Below the pieces are notes generated by a model. That model was not told the DNA's origin, searched no databases, and saw nothing but the letters and a program-made list of their open reading frames with translations. A stretch of DNA of 63,629 nucleotides, counting the filler, from Lenisia limosa (Eukaryota; Protista; Breviatea): the NCBI GenBank assembly GCA_001655205.1. It is 11 parts of 11 records of this genome, joined end to end, with 100 filler letters (N's around TTAATTAATTAA, not from the genome) between each part and the next. Parts side by side here need not be neighbours in the genome. Positions count along the whole stretch, not along the records: positions 45,938 to 57,232 come from LPNZ01001082.1; positions 57,333 to 59,415 come from LPNZ01008976.1; 9 more parts are not named here. The stretch is one strand, 5' to 3'. Below, piece after piece: positions 46,265 through 59,515 of this stretch. The position numbers and the translations under genes are program-made. Position 1 is the first letter of the stretch; the number at the start of each line of letters is the position of its first letter.

Positions 46265-49200
46265 CAGGGGGCACTTAATCAGGGGGTGCAGACATTATTT
46301 ATAATTCGTGATAATGAAAGATATTTCAAGATCATGAGAGATCATTGAGAGATCAAGGTCAAATTATATTCCTGGTCCCTGTACTCTCCACGGCCTCCGA
46401 GCGTTTGCGCTCCCCTGGTTAAGGGGAGATTTTGGGGGCTCTTCCAGAGTGTCCCTGGTCCACATAATGCTCTTTTTTTGTTTTCTCACCCTCAGTCCCT
46501 CAGTTTCCTGCTTAATCCTTTCCTCCCCTACTCTACTGTATCCTCCGCCCGCTGATTTTTATAATAGCAGCAGCGATAGAGCAGCAGCCAGCAGCATAGC
46601 AGCATTCGAAGTTGGTTTACATACAAATAGCTGACTACTTATCGATAAACATTGTTGAATATTTGAAACTCTTTTTCCTGTTGTTTTTTTTCTGTTTTTT
46701 TTATAGTTTAACATTTATTTCAGGATTTCCAAGTTCTTGGTTGAACTGTGATTGGAGTAACAATTGACGTAGCCATAAGTAGGGGGCTCTTTAGTAATTT
46801 ATTTTATTCAGATTGTATTTTATTTATTTTATTGTTTTATTGTTTTTCTGGAATAACATTGTTTTAGAAAGAAATTTAAAAGTTATTGCTGCTTACAAAT
46901 CAACAACATAATACTAATACTTTAAATAAGAACATAAATAACAAAGGGGTAAATTAAATTGTCTAGATTCTGGGAATCTAGTTGGGGTCAAGTTTATGAA
47001 GAAGGGTACAGATCATAGCCTCTCCCTTTCAAACAATAAATACATGTACTACATATATTTTTCAATAGTAAGAGAATGTAACTTTGCCCTTTCTTTGAAG
47101 TTTATTTTCACAAGAAATCATACCCCTTGTGTTTGTGTTTTACCATACCTTTTAGAGAAAACATGGGGGAAGAAGCTCCCGTTTGGCATTCCTGGATGGA
47201 ATTTATTTTTCCAAGGAAACTCTTTTTGACAAATCTTCGGGAAGACAACTCAAATTCAAATCTGATTGAGCTAACTCATTAAGGGCTTAGCCCACATAAT
47301 TGAAAGATATGGTCTCTTTAACGAAGAAATGGACAGAGTTGAATTCATCAACACAATGCGCAGCGTGTTCTGCACTAAGGGTACCATCTGTCGCATGGCA
47401 AAGGAGATCACAAAAGCAATAACAGAATACAGAAAAATTGATTTCCATTTTTCTGAAATCTCGGCTGCAAAGGAAGTCATTGACTTTCAAATCCAATACC
47501 TTGAAAATAAGACAGATCGAAAGTCTCTGATCATGACTGAGTCAGAGCTGGCTGAATATCTTCGAGTCAACTCTCCATCTAAAATTCCCATCGCCAAGTC
47601 CTCTCCAAAGAAGTCAGCCAAAACCGCCAAAAGCAACATCACACTTGCAGACAGTATCCGGGCATTTACACCCAAAAATTTTACTAACAACCAAAGGTGG
47701 GTCAACTTTCAAGAAGGATGAGAATGATGATGAGGATGATGAGGATGAGCCAAAAAATGAGGAAGGCAGCAAGATGACGGTGTCGCTTATCTTGCTGCGC
47801 AAATTCCCCCACCCCCTGCTCCTCCTAATAATATGGAGAAAAGTGATGATCGGTAAGCTATTCATACCATAATACACAACGATCAAACTTCATAATCTTT
47901 TGAAATGGAAGAAAGTCTCTTTGATACCATAACTGGTAAGGTACATCTCGCCAAATTTTTTTCAAATATGTTCGTTCAGGCATAACATCTGTATTTACAC
48001 AGAAAATGCATTTGATCCTGCCTTTGTTATTCTTCAGGAAATATCAACATCATCAACATATTTCAAATCAAAAGACAATATTGGTATTATTTTCACTCAC
48101 TTCACATTTGAACTAATCCATTTTGTTTGATACAACAAAAAGTAGGCAAATCAAATCTACCTCCCCTCATGATTTTCACAACTTTTTCTCAAAATGTAAG
48201 GTCTATATTCGTTTACTTATGTTATCCACTATTTAATTCCCTAGCACATTTACTTGATCCTGGAACCATTTTGGCCAACGAACAGATCTCCCATCTTCAG
48301 AGCCAAGTTCGATTTTTGACAAGGACAATTGTTGATATAAAGAAGAGAGAATTCACGATTGAAAACTTCCTGAAGAAGGCCGAATCCGTGCGGGTCGAAA
48401 GCTCTTCGCCTCTAATAGACCTAAAAACAACCTTGGGAAATCGCGAATGCTTTCGGCGGTATGGATTTATGTTGGTTTTTGAATACCATTTATTGATTAT
48501 TTTCAGGTAGCCTATGACCTTGGGATGACATCCTTCTGAGAGGTGGCTCAACCCTTCTCACCCATGTAATCTCTGTTGTTCCATGGCTAATACCATCTGG
48601 TGAGTCCCCATTTTTATTTTTCGTTTTCAAGACTGGAATATTATTTGTTAATTTACAATTGGCTTAATAAATTTACCAATAGATTGGCAGTTAATTGGTA
48701 AAAATAATTATTTGGTAATTGAAAGATAGTTCTTATTAAATTTATTTACAGTTACTTGACCAATAAATTTGTTGATAGAGCTTGTGATATTATGTTTCAG
48801 AATCAACTCTTCGCATAAGAATCAAGGACCGTTTTATTGTGGGTTCAGGCCTTAGCAAGGTGGAGGAAAGAGCTGCTGCTGCAAGAGCCTTTTACACCAA
48901 GTAAGGTTCTTTGTTATGTGATTGATAACCATTATGGGATTACAGGAAGGAATTCACCAATCCCAATGGGACATTGCTTCGATGCGTCTCGGAAAAATTT
49001 AAGTCCCGTGTATGTCACTCTCTTCAACACTCTTCACATTTCTGAATTGATCGTAATTCTATTTCTTTTTGATATAATCTCGTTTAGCGCCTCTTAAAAG
49101 ACCCTTCGCACAGCAACAGGGCATCAACATTCTCATCATATGCATCTTGCATCACCCTGTCACTGGAAGACATCATCACATGTACAGAGAAGGGAACAGA

Positions 49201-50103
49201 GACTGCCTGGACTCGCATCGGGAAGTTTGTTCCAGAAACTAAGCCTTCGGACATCACCTCTCTTGCGTTTAAGAACACATTTGGAAAGAAAGCTGAGACT
49301 GCAGAAGAAGACAACGAAGATGAACCTGATGATGAGGCAGAAGAAGTGTTTGCGGAAATTGATGATTTGACAGAGACAACAGAGACGACAGATCAAAGTG
49401 AGTCGTTTGACAATGATACTCTCAAAATGCCTGATAGATCATCCATCCCTATCCGCCATTATCTTAAGTCTCTCTGGGTGCCCATTAAGAAGAGTAACTT
49501 GGGTCATTCAAAGTCGCTAAGCGCCCATCCACTGAGCAAGCCGTCCAGCTCCCCGACTCCTACCCCCACATTACCAACTCCAACCTCACCTTCAACCACT
49601 TCAGTGAACTTCCTGAACCCTGGACATCTCCCCGCTCCTCCCACAATCCCACAATACCCTACTACAAGAAAACGCCTCCGTGTTTAGGTTCAAGTTCAAG
49701 TATTTGGTTTTGTGCAACTAACAGTTGTCAATGTCAAGGATAGTATGGTATGTTTGTTTTTGTTTCTTGTTTGCTTGTTGGTTGGCTAATACGTACTGTA
49801 TATGTATAATGAGCCATCAACTATCCATCATGAGTGCTCTTGGTTTCTATCACTGCACACGCTTTTGTTATACTATTGTTGTTTTAAAATAAATGAATGT
49901 GGCTATATTCTGTTGAAGATTGTAGAATTGTAGATTGACATAGAGAACTTTAATGAAATATTTCGCTTTTGCTTGGTAAAACAACAGGATAACAAAAACA
50001 AAAAAAAAAATGATGGAGAAATCAGATGAAAGATTATGAGAGATCATGAAAGATAATGAAAGATCACGGATTATGTCTACTCCACCTGATTAAGCACCCC
50101 TTG
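46265..50103. mobile_element. 3,839-bp DNA transposon with ~33-bp TIRs and 8-bp TSD (hAT/P-like termini)
   Basis: Left end CAGGGGGCACTTAATCAGGGGGTGCAGACATTA versus reverse complement of right end CAAGGGGTGCTTAATCAGGTGGAGTAGACATAA (26/33). TSD CCCCCGGG (46257-46264) / CCCCCGTG (50104-50111). An empty paralogous site has a single CCCCCGGG at 59601-59608. Confidence 0.88.
47284..49687 (+). pseudogene. Unrecognised spliced gene inside the TIR element, apparently damaged
   Basis: Exon-like segments GLAHIIERYGLFNEEMDRVEF...NNQR, HLLDPGTILANEQ...ECFRR, AFYTKEFTNPNGTLLRCVSEKFKSR, and a ~200-codon acidic/Pro-Ser-rich last exon ending TAG at 49687. Frame break near 47700 and in-frame stop near 48517. 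No transposase motif recognised. Confidence 0.5.
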
Positions 50104-50595
50104 CCCCCGTGAGACCAAATTCAAGGATTTTTGACATTTGCTCAAATTTTTTTAAACAAGTTGGGGAACATTAGGAGGAACATTTCTCTACGTATCTGTC
50201 GAAGCAGATTTTCAAAAAACATTAACAATGGCCTGTACAAAGTGTCAACTTCAAGCTGTCCTCCGGTGAAGTTTGAATGATGTCCGGCGCTTTGAGGACA
50301 CACTATATATATTATATATATATTTATTGGATGACCACTCTTATTCCGTGCCTGAAAGTCAAGCATTCATATGTGCACTGCAATATCACATCAAGCATAG
50401 TCTACAAAAAAGAGGTGTTAAATAAAATGCCACCTCTCATTGTTTTCACTGTTTGATGGATCCATTTGAAAGGATTCCATAATCTATCGGGGGAGCAATG
50501 GGTCCACCCCCCCATCTTATATTCACATCATCCCCTCCTCCATACTATATTCTCCCATCATACCCCCCTCCCATAATGCATTTCCATCTTATGTA

Positions 50596-50735
50596 TGCTG
50601 GAGTGATGGAATGCGGTGCTGCAGAAGCGACTGGTCTGCGCTTTGTTTGTTTTGTTATTGTCAACCCTTGTCTGTAGCCAACAGCGTTAATTTTGGGCTT
50701 TATTTCATATATTTTCCAGTTTTACTCCCCCTCCG
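50596..50735 (+). repeat. Family B full-length copy with no adjacent acceptor
   Basis: GCTGGAGTGATGGAATGCGGTGCTGCAGAAGCGACTGGTCTG...TTTTACTCCCCCTCC. Confidence 0.9.
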
Positions 50736-51260
50736 CAAATACATTTCCACCTACCCCTATACATTCACATTTTGTCTGCCACCCCCCCTCATACCCCCCA
50801 TCACCACCTTCCGACATCATAATTTCACAATTTAGTAATCCAACCAATACCACCTGCGCAGATGGCAAGTAAAAATAGAATTTTGTACATCTATGATGGG
50901 GGGAATGGATAATTATGAGAATGTATGATAGAGTGGAGTAGAGGGGGTGTTAATGGGAATAAATGGTAGAGGGTGTAAAACGAAGCTATAGGAATATGAG
51001 GGAGGATATTATGGTGTATGGTGAAGGAGTATGATGGAGGAATGTATGTCGGGGTGAGGGTATAGCATGGGTAAGTATAATTGTTGATACAATATGAATC
51101 TTGAGGGAGGGGATAGGAATCCGTGAATTGAATACGTGGGGAGAGGGGGTAGTCAGAAAGTATGATGTGATGTATCGGAGAGGGGGGGTAAGTTGGGGCG
51201 TATGTTGTACCATCTCCAGTAGTTATGATAAATACGCCAATTAATCCTTATTTTGCCTCA

Positions 51261-52120
51261 GATTGACATATCTTTACATTGAAGGTCTGACAACACTCAC
51301 ACCAAAAAGAGCCCGCCTGTAACTGACCATTGTTGATGACTATGATACCACTATATCCTGTCTTTGTAGTAATGTTGTTTTTTGCAAATCAAAAAATTCA
51401 TATTTCTTTTATCGTTCTAATTGCTGCAGATTAATATTGGGGAAATTGGGTATTTTTATTAATTTCAAAAAAGCAGTCGCAGTCATGTTACAGGTTGCGG
51501 TCGTATACACCCAATTATGCATATAAATTATATAATATTCTATGATATGTACATAGCATATTACGCTATACAGTGAACACAAGACGTAACATTTTGTAAT
51601 TTACAACCATATATTCAGACAATGGCTATGGTCCTGAGCACAACTAAGACACGTCACTTCGACCTTGTTGCGCTCCGTATTGGCGACTTCAAAGATAAGG
51701 CGGACGGCTGAGTCTCCACTTCAGACCGGTGTCGAAAAAATCCGTTGGCCACTGCAAGAACCATGCTCTTGATAGTATGTTAAGGTTGTAATTGGTGCAG
51801 TGATTTTGTTAAAACACTTATTTATCTAGATGAAACAATTGTCTTCAATGAGTTGACAAGCTCATACGTCATTTCGTATCTTAAGTCGAGGCTAAAAGCT
51901 CTTGCACTCACCAACCCCGAAGGCATCGCAGGCTATCTTTTCTCGCGACTTCAAGACGGCAAAGTGCTCAACGGTGAAGAGCCAATGTCTTATGATGACG
52001 ACAAGACGTTTTTGAAATCACTATTGGCCTCCCATTTCACCAGATGCACAGCTTTCGCCACTTCTTCGCCAGGGAATTCACCCGCAACCACTCCCTTTTG
52101 GAGACTTCAATGTATCGGGA
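51261..52120 (+). pseudogene. Degenerate spliced coding fragment
   Basis: Open AG/GT-bounded exon ~51831-52110 (DETIVFNELTSSYVISYLKSRLKALALTNPEGIAGYLFSRLQDGK...). The upstream exon-like segment at ~51620-51775 has stops in all frames. Confidence 0.3.
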
Positions 52121-52559
52121 TGTTTGTTTTTAAGGGCTTTCAGTGACATTGAATGGTTATGGAACCTCTGAATATATCAATGTAACTCCTTGACAGCCAT
52201 TTTGATAGTAGCACTTGTTTTAATAGGCAAATCAGATAAAAATCCACTTGTCTGACGAATGCACTTTTTGATATTTAGCTCAATTTACGTGAAACTTAAA
52301 CCCCAAGAGTGCCCTAATAATGTGATAAGAGAGTAAAATTGAATAATTGATGAGCCAACCCCCCCCCCCCCAATCAACTCATTATGACATGAAAAAAGGG
52401 GACATCTAGATTTCTAATGTTTATTTTCTGTTGTTCAAGCAATATACTAATGTAGTCCCCGTTTTTTTTAACCAAAAAATGCATTCAACAAAATGAGTGG
52501 GTTGATGGCAATATTCGAGATTTTTTTTGAGAAAATGAATTATCACCACCAATGGTTTC

Positions 52560-54210
52560 AAGAGTATTCTGGCGAAAGAGTCTTGTTAAAGTAATGAACA
52601 AAACTTCACAATAGCGCCAGAAACTTCTTGAGGTGAGGGTAAGTCAGGAATTGACTGTGATTGATGATTAATCTACATTACGAATGAAACAAAAGAACAG
52701 ATTCATAGACAATCTGAGAAAGTGGAGTGTGAAGTCCAATGAATCTAATGATAAAAATAAGCACACTTAGAATTCAAATAAGCTCTTATTGCATGGATTA
52801 CATCTAAGTCTGCTTTTTCTAAAAACAAAAGAACGTTCTTTTCCTGACCGCAATGACTGACAGCAATACGAATAGCTTCTTTTCCATTTAGATAAGAGGT
52901 ACATTTTGTTGATATTGTTGAAAGTCTCTAAAAAAAAAGAGTAAAAAAAGAGAGAGGTAAAAAAAGAAAAAAAAAAAAAAAAANNNNNNNNNNNNNNNNN
53001 NNNNNNNNNNNNNNNNNNNNNNNNNNNNNNNNNNNNNNNNNNNNNNNNTAATCGTTTCGGATTTTCCAAATAAATTGTGGGAAATAGGTTTTATTTTAAA
53101 CAAAAAAACTGTTCAATTGAAATATACATTTTTTCTAGAGTATGAATAGTGAGCACAAAGACTCTCTGTTTTAAGAGATTGACAGAAGTTGAAGGATTGT
53201 ATTATATTTCTGGGCAAATTCCTGTTTTTTTTTTTGATGTTATGCAACTGTTCTCTCTTCTAATGACTGAATTTTTCAATAAAAATAAATTTGGACAGCC
53301 AAGGAAAGAAATCAGGAAATTCAAAATAGAAAAACGATTTAAGAGAAAATACTTGTACAAAGACTCCCTTTCAAAAAGGGGGATGTATTAGAGGGGGTAA
53401 GGGACAAAGGGGATAGAGGGGGNNNNNNNNNNNNNNNNNNNNNNNNNNNNNNNNNNNNNNNNNNNNNNNNNNNNNNNNNNNNNNNNNNNNNNNNNNNNNN
53501 NNNNNNNNNACGGCATCACCATCTCTCATTTGGTGAATTGCATTTGACCCCTTTTAAATGAAAGATCCATGACAATGACTCCTCCGTGCGGAAGTACGTT
53601 GAGGAGGTCTTTCATGCCTACTAGAAAGGAAATGAGTTCCAACGCAAAAAAAAAAAAGAGCTCCATTTGGTTGAAGAAGCTGGTTAAAAACGGAGAGTCA
53701 TATTAGAAGCCTTTTCGAAAGATTGAGGGTGAGGTGAATCAAAAAAGAATAAAACGGACCACTTAATTATGCGAAACCTTTTTGAAGGTTAAGGTGTACA
53801 TGTAGAAGGAAAATCTTTCCGGAATAGGAAGATTACAAAGGTGCAAGATGGGATTTTGAGCCACTTTTGCCCCAAGCAGAGATGCAAGTGTGTTGAAATA
53901 CAGTTTCTTGTGGTAAGTTGAGCCTCAGGTTGGGTTTATTTAAAGTTAAACGTTGTTTGAAATGAGAATCCTGATTACTTGACTTTGTTTGAGAGTTTCC
54001 TCCTCATCTTTTTTTACCTTTTAGGTTGATCATACCTTGCCCCGTTTGTTCTTGTGCACCTGTCTCGATTGCTGCTCTTCTTTCTGTTTTCCCAGCGCCA
54101 AATGTGTTCACCAACCATGTCCTCATCTGCGGCTATCAAGCCCAAGACCCTCTTCCACACATCTCCAGAGTTGAGCCCCCCTCCCCCCAAAGTGACCTCT
54201 CTACTTAGGA
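52560..54210 (+). pseudogene. Possible second, highly decayed Mutator-like transposase
   Basis: SGNSK* (~53313) followed by KIHDNDSSVRKYVEEVF (~53562-53612), reminiscent of GxSxxME and xDxDS motifs; many stops. Confidence 0.25.
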
Positions 54211-57200
54211 CAAACTGAGCGTCTCAACAACAAGGTTTGTGTTTCAAATATTGATGTTGTATTCTTCTTGTTATTGCACACAAATATTTTAACTTCCTTC
54301 TATGTGATACTGTGGTAAGGTGACACGTATTGAGTGTGAAGAGGACTTCTATGCTGGCTTTTCTAGTCAGATCTCTGAGATCCGGATCAAAGCCCCCATA
54401 GAGCCCTATCATGTATTAATATAGTTGTTTGAGACATAAACACATTGGGTGATCAAGGGGTTCGAGGAGGGAGGGGTGCCAGCAATGGGTTTAGAGGTTT
54501 TCTGTAAAAAGGGGGTTTCATAAATACAAGTGAACTGAACTTGAAAATAGTCTCTTTAATTCTTCATTAAATCCTGATAGAATCTGGGGGAATTCTGGTC
54601 AGCTGACCATAACCATGATTTGGATATGATTGTTCTTTGTTTGTGGGTGTCCTTTTCTCCCCCCTGAATACGTAATAAGGAAGAATTAAGACGTTGACAC
54701 TCGAGGTTGTTTGTTCAATATGTGTTGTTCCATACCTCAAATAAAAGCGATAGGCTTTATTTATATCTCGAGTACACTAAAGTCATTTTAAAATCTGATT
54801 TGACCATTTTAAGGGTTTTAGGGGTCTGGCTTTCGGTTTCTAACGTCATTATAAGTTTTAAAGGGTTGTAAGATAAGAAAAAGCTGTTTTTTCGACTTTT
54901 AAAACCCTGTTTTCCCAATTAAGCAAGTAAAGAATTTCTGGAACTTTTGGTCAAATTCACAAAAATATCACAAAAGTTGTTACTTCCGCTAACTTTTTCC
55001 GGAATCTAAGAAAAACGGATAACACCAAAAACAGCAAGATTTTGGGATCTGTCTTTCAAAAAAGGTACCCCGGCCCCGGGCCCCGGGTATAAATTTTTCT
55101 GGAATTTTAAGAAAATTATCAATTTGGTCATTATTTAGTATTTGTTTCAGTTTTTTGTGACATTCAATGGATTTTCACGTTTTTAGAGGCCAATTTCAAA
55201 AAAGAACACCCAATAATCGGATATAATCGGATTAAATGCTCAGCATATGATATCATAAATTGCATAAATATATTATGTACTAGTATATACATGTATGTAT
55301 TCCATGTAATGTGTATATAGATAGATATTCCTAATAATAGGTACATAGCTAGGGGAAAAACGAGTCTTACCGAAAAAATAAGAAGAAGAAGTAATCTGCT
55401 GGCTGAGTGAGGTGGCAAAACAGAAGTTTCCGAAACAAAAAGACTTGATTTACCTGAAGCTCCAACAGAGCATAAAGAATACGTTCCAAAAACTAAAATA
55501 ATAATAATAATAATAAAAAATATTCTTAATAAGAGATCTAAATCTCAATTTTCAACTGTACAAACTATTCATCCTTTATATTCAACCCTTATATATTGTT
55601 GTAAAATTCCCCTCAAGAAAAACAAAGTTATACTTTTTGAGTCATATTTATGACTATTTTTTTGTTATATTTCTCGAGATGATCGAATTATTAGAAAATT
55701 CAGAGCAGGATAAGAGGGGGTGACATAACATTGGAATTTCAACAATAAAAAATTGGTTCCTAGTTCGTCGCTCGGAACCAACTACCAACCGAGAAAACTC
55801 CCTTTGTCATACTTTAAAGAGAAAGGACAGTTAATGAGACACCATGTGCATGTGGCCTGTATAATTACATATTGGGTAGCAGGGTGCAGTTCCTCTTTGA
55901 ACTGAACTATGCTGTTTATCGCAAAACTTTGTTGTAACTGGAACAGCCTTCGTTTACCTTAGATTATATATCAAACTCTTAAAATCCATAATGGAACCCC
56001 AACAAGAGCTGCGGTCAAGAAGAAGCCTGCCGCCACTTTCATCAAGAAGGTGAAGAACACCACTGGTAACACTGCATTGTCAAGAAGAACGCCAAAGCGA
56101 ATGCACCAGCCAAAAGTCAGAAGAAGAACACCACATCAGCTAAGGAAGAGGTCGAAGAGAACGTTACACACTATTTATCAAAGAAACAATAAATACATAA
56201 TAAAAAAAAGCTCTTTAGGCCACAAGAAGAAAAACACATTGAAAAATCGTTGGTAAACCAGATTGTTACCTCTGAGTTTTGTTCAATGCACTAAAATAGG
56301 AAAATATCAGACCTCTTGTTGCTAGTTCTTTTGCGGCTTTTCTCTAGCATACTAACAATCTACTTTTAAATGTATTAACGAAATCTCCAATTGTCTTGAT
56401 TTTAAGATTTTATTAAGTCGAATTGCAGCTGAGCCACAACTTACATATGTTTAGATTGGGCACATTGAAAAGATGTTCTCAAGCTTAAATGTATAAAGTG
56501 GTTTTTACAGCCGAGATCAAAATCTTCTTCTCCGTTTCTGCTTCAGTTTTAAGACAAGTTATATAAATGAGCAAGGTGTAGACTGATTTATGATAACTTG
56601 ATGAATGTTTTTTGAAAATCGAAATACACAGACTGGCTGGGAATCCGAGCCGAGTTTCTTTGATTAGACGTCTATTGACTCCATTATATAGACTGAACAA
56701 GGACAATTCTTGATAAAACCGTTCCAAACGTCTATTTAAATACCTCAAAACCACTACATTTTCTCAAAAAATGGACTTTCGATTCAAATCCTCCTTAAAA
56801 AACTCCGGGGAACTTAACTGTACACGAAATACTGCTATTCTGAAGTATTCTGAAGGAGGGGGTTTTCAAAAAATATTTTGGCGTAAAGGAAAATGGGTGA
56901 CCCTGGCCCGGTTCGATTCTGACCAAAAGATCATTTTTCGATATTTTTTTTTTTTTTAACCTCTCTTCTTTTTTTGGTCAAAATTACTGTATTTTGATGT
57001 TATTGATAGTTTAGTACCCAAAACTGCCAAATTTCACACTTAAAAGGGTGCTATTGAAGTGATTTATGTCGATTTTTAGCTTGTTCGTGGTTTCAATCAT
57101 GTTTTGCGGTTTTGGACACCAACCTACATATATATATGCTACCGCGCAGAATTCCCGTAAACTATCCGTATTTCCGTAAATTATTATTTTCTCTAATTTT

Positions 57201-57344
57201 TTTGGCTTAAATGTACCAAAATTCAACAAAAANNNNNNNNNNNNNNNNNNNNNNNNNNNNNNNNNNNNNNNNNNNNTTAATTAATTAANNNNNNNNNNNN
57301 NNNNNNNNNNNNNNNNNNNNNNNNNNNNNNNNGCAACAAAAGAG

Positions 57345-59115
57345 AGATAATGGGGTGGATATCACAGACAAGCCCCTTTATGAGCCTCCTCATTATCACA
57401 CACACCAGTTCTGACACCCTGTTCATCTTCACTTTTATTTCAAAAAATTTGCCATTTATACCCCCCCCCTCTACCGGATCTCGGAGGGCTTGAAGGGGGG
57501 GTTGCGGGAACATGGTCTTGTGCCTGGGAAGACGCAATAAAGTCGCGCGGTGGGATAGGGTTGAGTGGGTGCTGGGGGTTGAGTGCGGGAAGAGGAAATA
57601 TTGAAAGTAAGCAAGTACTCCCAAATTCAAGGAAGAAAAATAGAAAAAGCATTATTTCGAAGTAAGCAAGCGTACCCCCAAATTTTAATACAATTAAATA
57701 TCATATATGATATAATATAGGAAAAGCACTTCAAACAGTGACCGGGATTAGAAAAATAGGAAAAGCAAATATCATATATGATATACCCCTATGTATGATA
57801 TGTACCAGATATACATGCACATACCTTGACCGGATAAGTCCTGACCGATTTACCATATGATTCCCAAGGAAAATCGGTCAAGACTTATCCTAGTTAGTAT
57901 ATGTACAGTATGTAATATATGTATGTATATGTACATATGTGCAACACGTTTGCACCAAATGAGCTGCAACAATAAAGGAGAATAAGGCGATAAAACTTGA
58001 TGTGGTATGTGTGTTTGGGGGGGGGGGGGANNNNNNNNNNNNNNNNNNNNNNNNNNNNNNNNNNNNNNNNNNNNNNNNNNNNNNNNNNNNNNNNNNNNNN
58101 NNNNNNNNNNNNNNNNNNNNNNNNNNNNNNNNNNNNNNNNNNNNNNNNNNNNNNNNNNNNNNNNNNNNNNNNNNNNNNNNNNNNNNNNNNNNNNNNNNNN
58201 NNNNNNNNNNNNNNNNNNNNNNNNNNNNNNNNNNNNNNNNNNNNNNNNNNNNNNNNNNNNNNNNNNNNNNNNNNNNNNNNNNNNNNNNNNNNNNNNNNNN
58301 NNNNNNNNNNNNNNNNNNNNNNNNNNNNNNNNNNNNNNNNNNNNNNNNNNNNNNNNNNNNNNNNNNNNNNNNNNNNNNNNNNNNNNNNNNNNNNGTGCTT
58401 TGGGCGAGTCATTACGCTTTTGAGCCTCCAAAAGCCTGAATAGTGTTAATAGTGAGAAAATGACTTCAAGGAATATGGGTCAAATGAACAGTGAGAAAAT
58501 GGTAAATTAATAATGTGAAAACTTCCCACGCCACTCAACATGGTCCTTTCCCCCCCACAATAATAATACCACCTATAAATACTATTATACTAATTTTTAT
58601 CACAAAGATCCCCCCCCCCCCNNNNNNNNNNNNNNNNNNNNNNNNNNNNNNNNNNNNNNNNNNNNNNNNNNNNNNNNNNNNNNNNNNNNNNNNNNNNNNN
58701 NNNNNNNNNNNNNNNNNNNNNNNNNNNNNNNNNNNNNNNNNNNNNNNNNNNNNNNNNNNNNNNNNNNNNNNNNNNNTTCGGCTTCTTCTTTTCCTTCATG
58801 GTTTTGAAAGATTTATCTGGGGAGGGCGCTGGTCCAGATCTGGGGTGTTTATATAGGGGTTTTGTTAAAAAACAGGAGTAATTATATACCCTATGTGGGA
58901 TGTAGTGAGTTCAAATAATAGATATGCTTGAGCTTTTTTATCTCGGATTGAACGAGTTTTTTTGCGACCATAAGGAGCCGTACCTGGAGCGGCTCTTTCT
59001 TCCTGAAGGTATCACCTCCTCCTCCTCCTCGTCTTCCGGTGGCGGTGGAGAGGCGTAGTAGTTTGAAAGATCCTTAGGAGGGCGTCGCTTTGCCGAAGTA
59101 ACCTCCAGGACCTTT
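57345..59115 (-). CDS. Hypothetical multi-exon gene fragment
   Basis: Minus exons VLEVTSAKRRPPKDLSNYYASPPPPEDEEEEEVIPSGRKSRS, SGPAPSPDKSFKTMKEKKKP, LLEAQKRNDSPKA; large N gaps. Confidence 0.45.
57829..57894. mobile_element. Family D copy (reverse orientation)
   Basis: ACCGGATAAGTCCTGACCGATTT...AAATCGGTCAAGACTTATCCTAGT. Confidence 0.75.
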
Positions 59116-59515
59116 GAATTGAGAAGAAAAATGGAGAATTTATTATAACCATCAATTCATTCTCATCATTATTATCACATTCATTCTCATCATTATTGTC
59201 ACATTCATTCTCATCATTATTGTCTCATCATTCTCATCACATTCATTCTCATCACGCATTCACATCATTATAATCATGTGCAATACTCACCATTCTCATC
59301 ATTCTCATGTAGTATTTTAAAAATTTATACTCCACCCCCAACTTTAGCCATATCCCCTGATTTGTGCTCCTCCTCCCACCGGACAAATACATATATATAA
59401 TGTTAATTATATCGANNNNNNNNNNNNNNNNNNNNNNNNNNNNNNNNNNNNNNNNNNNNTTAATTAATTAANNNNNNNNNNNNNNNNNNNNNNNNNNNNN
59501 NNNNNNNNNNNNNNN

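Noticed and set aside
46172-50305. Host repeat as protein-coding (few second-codon-position changes between the two copies)
   Set aside because: There are only ~26 differences, an A-run frameshift between copies and shared in-frame stops; the evidence is too weak after allowing for six frames.
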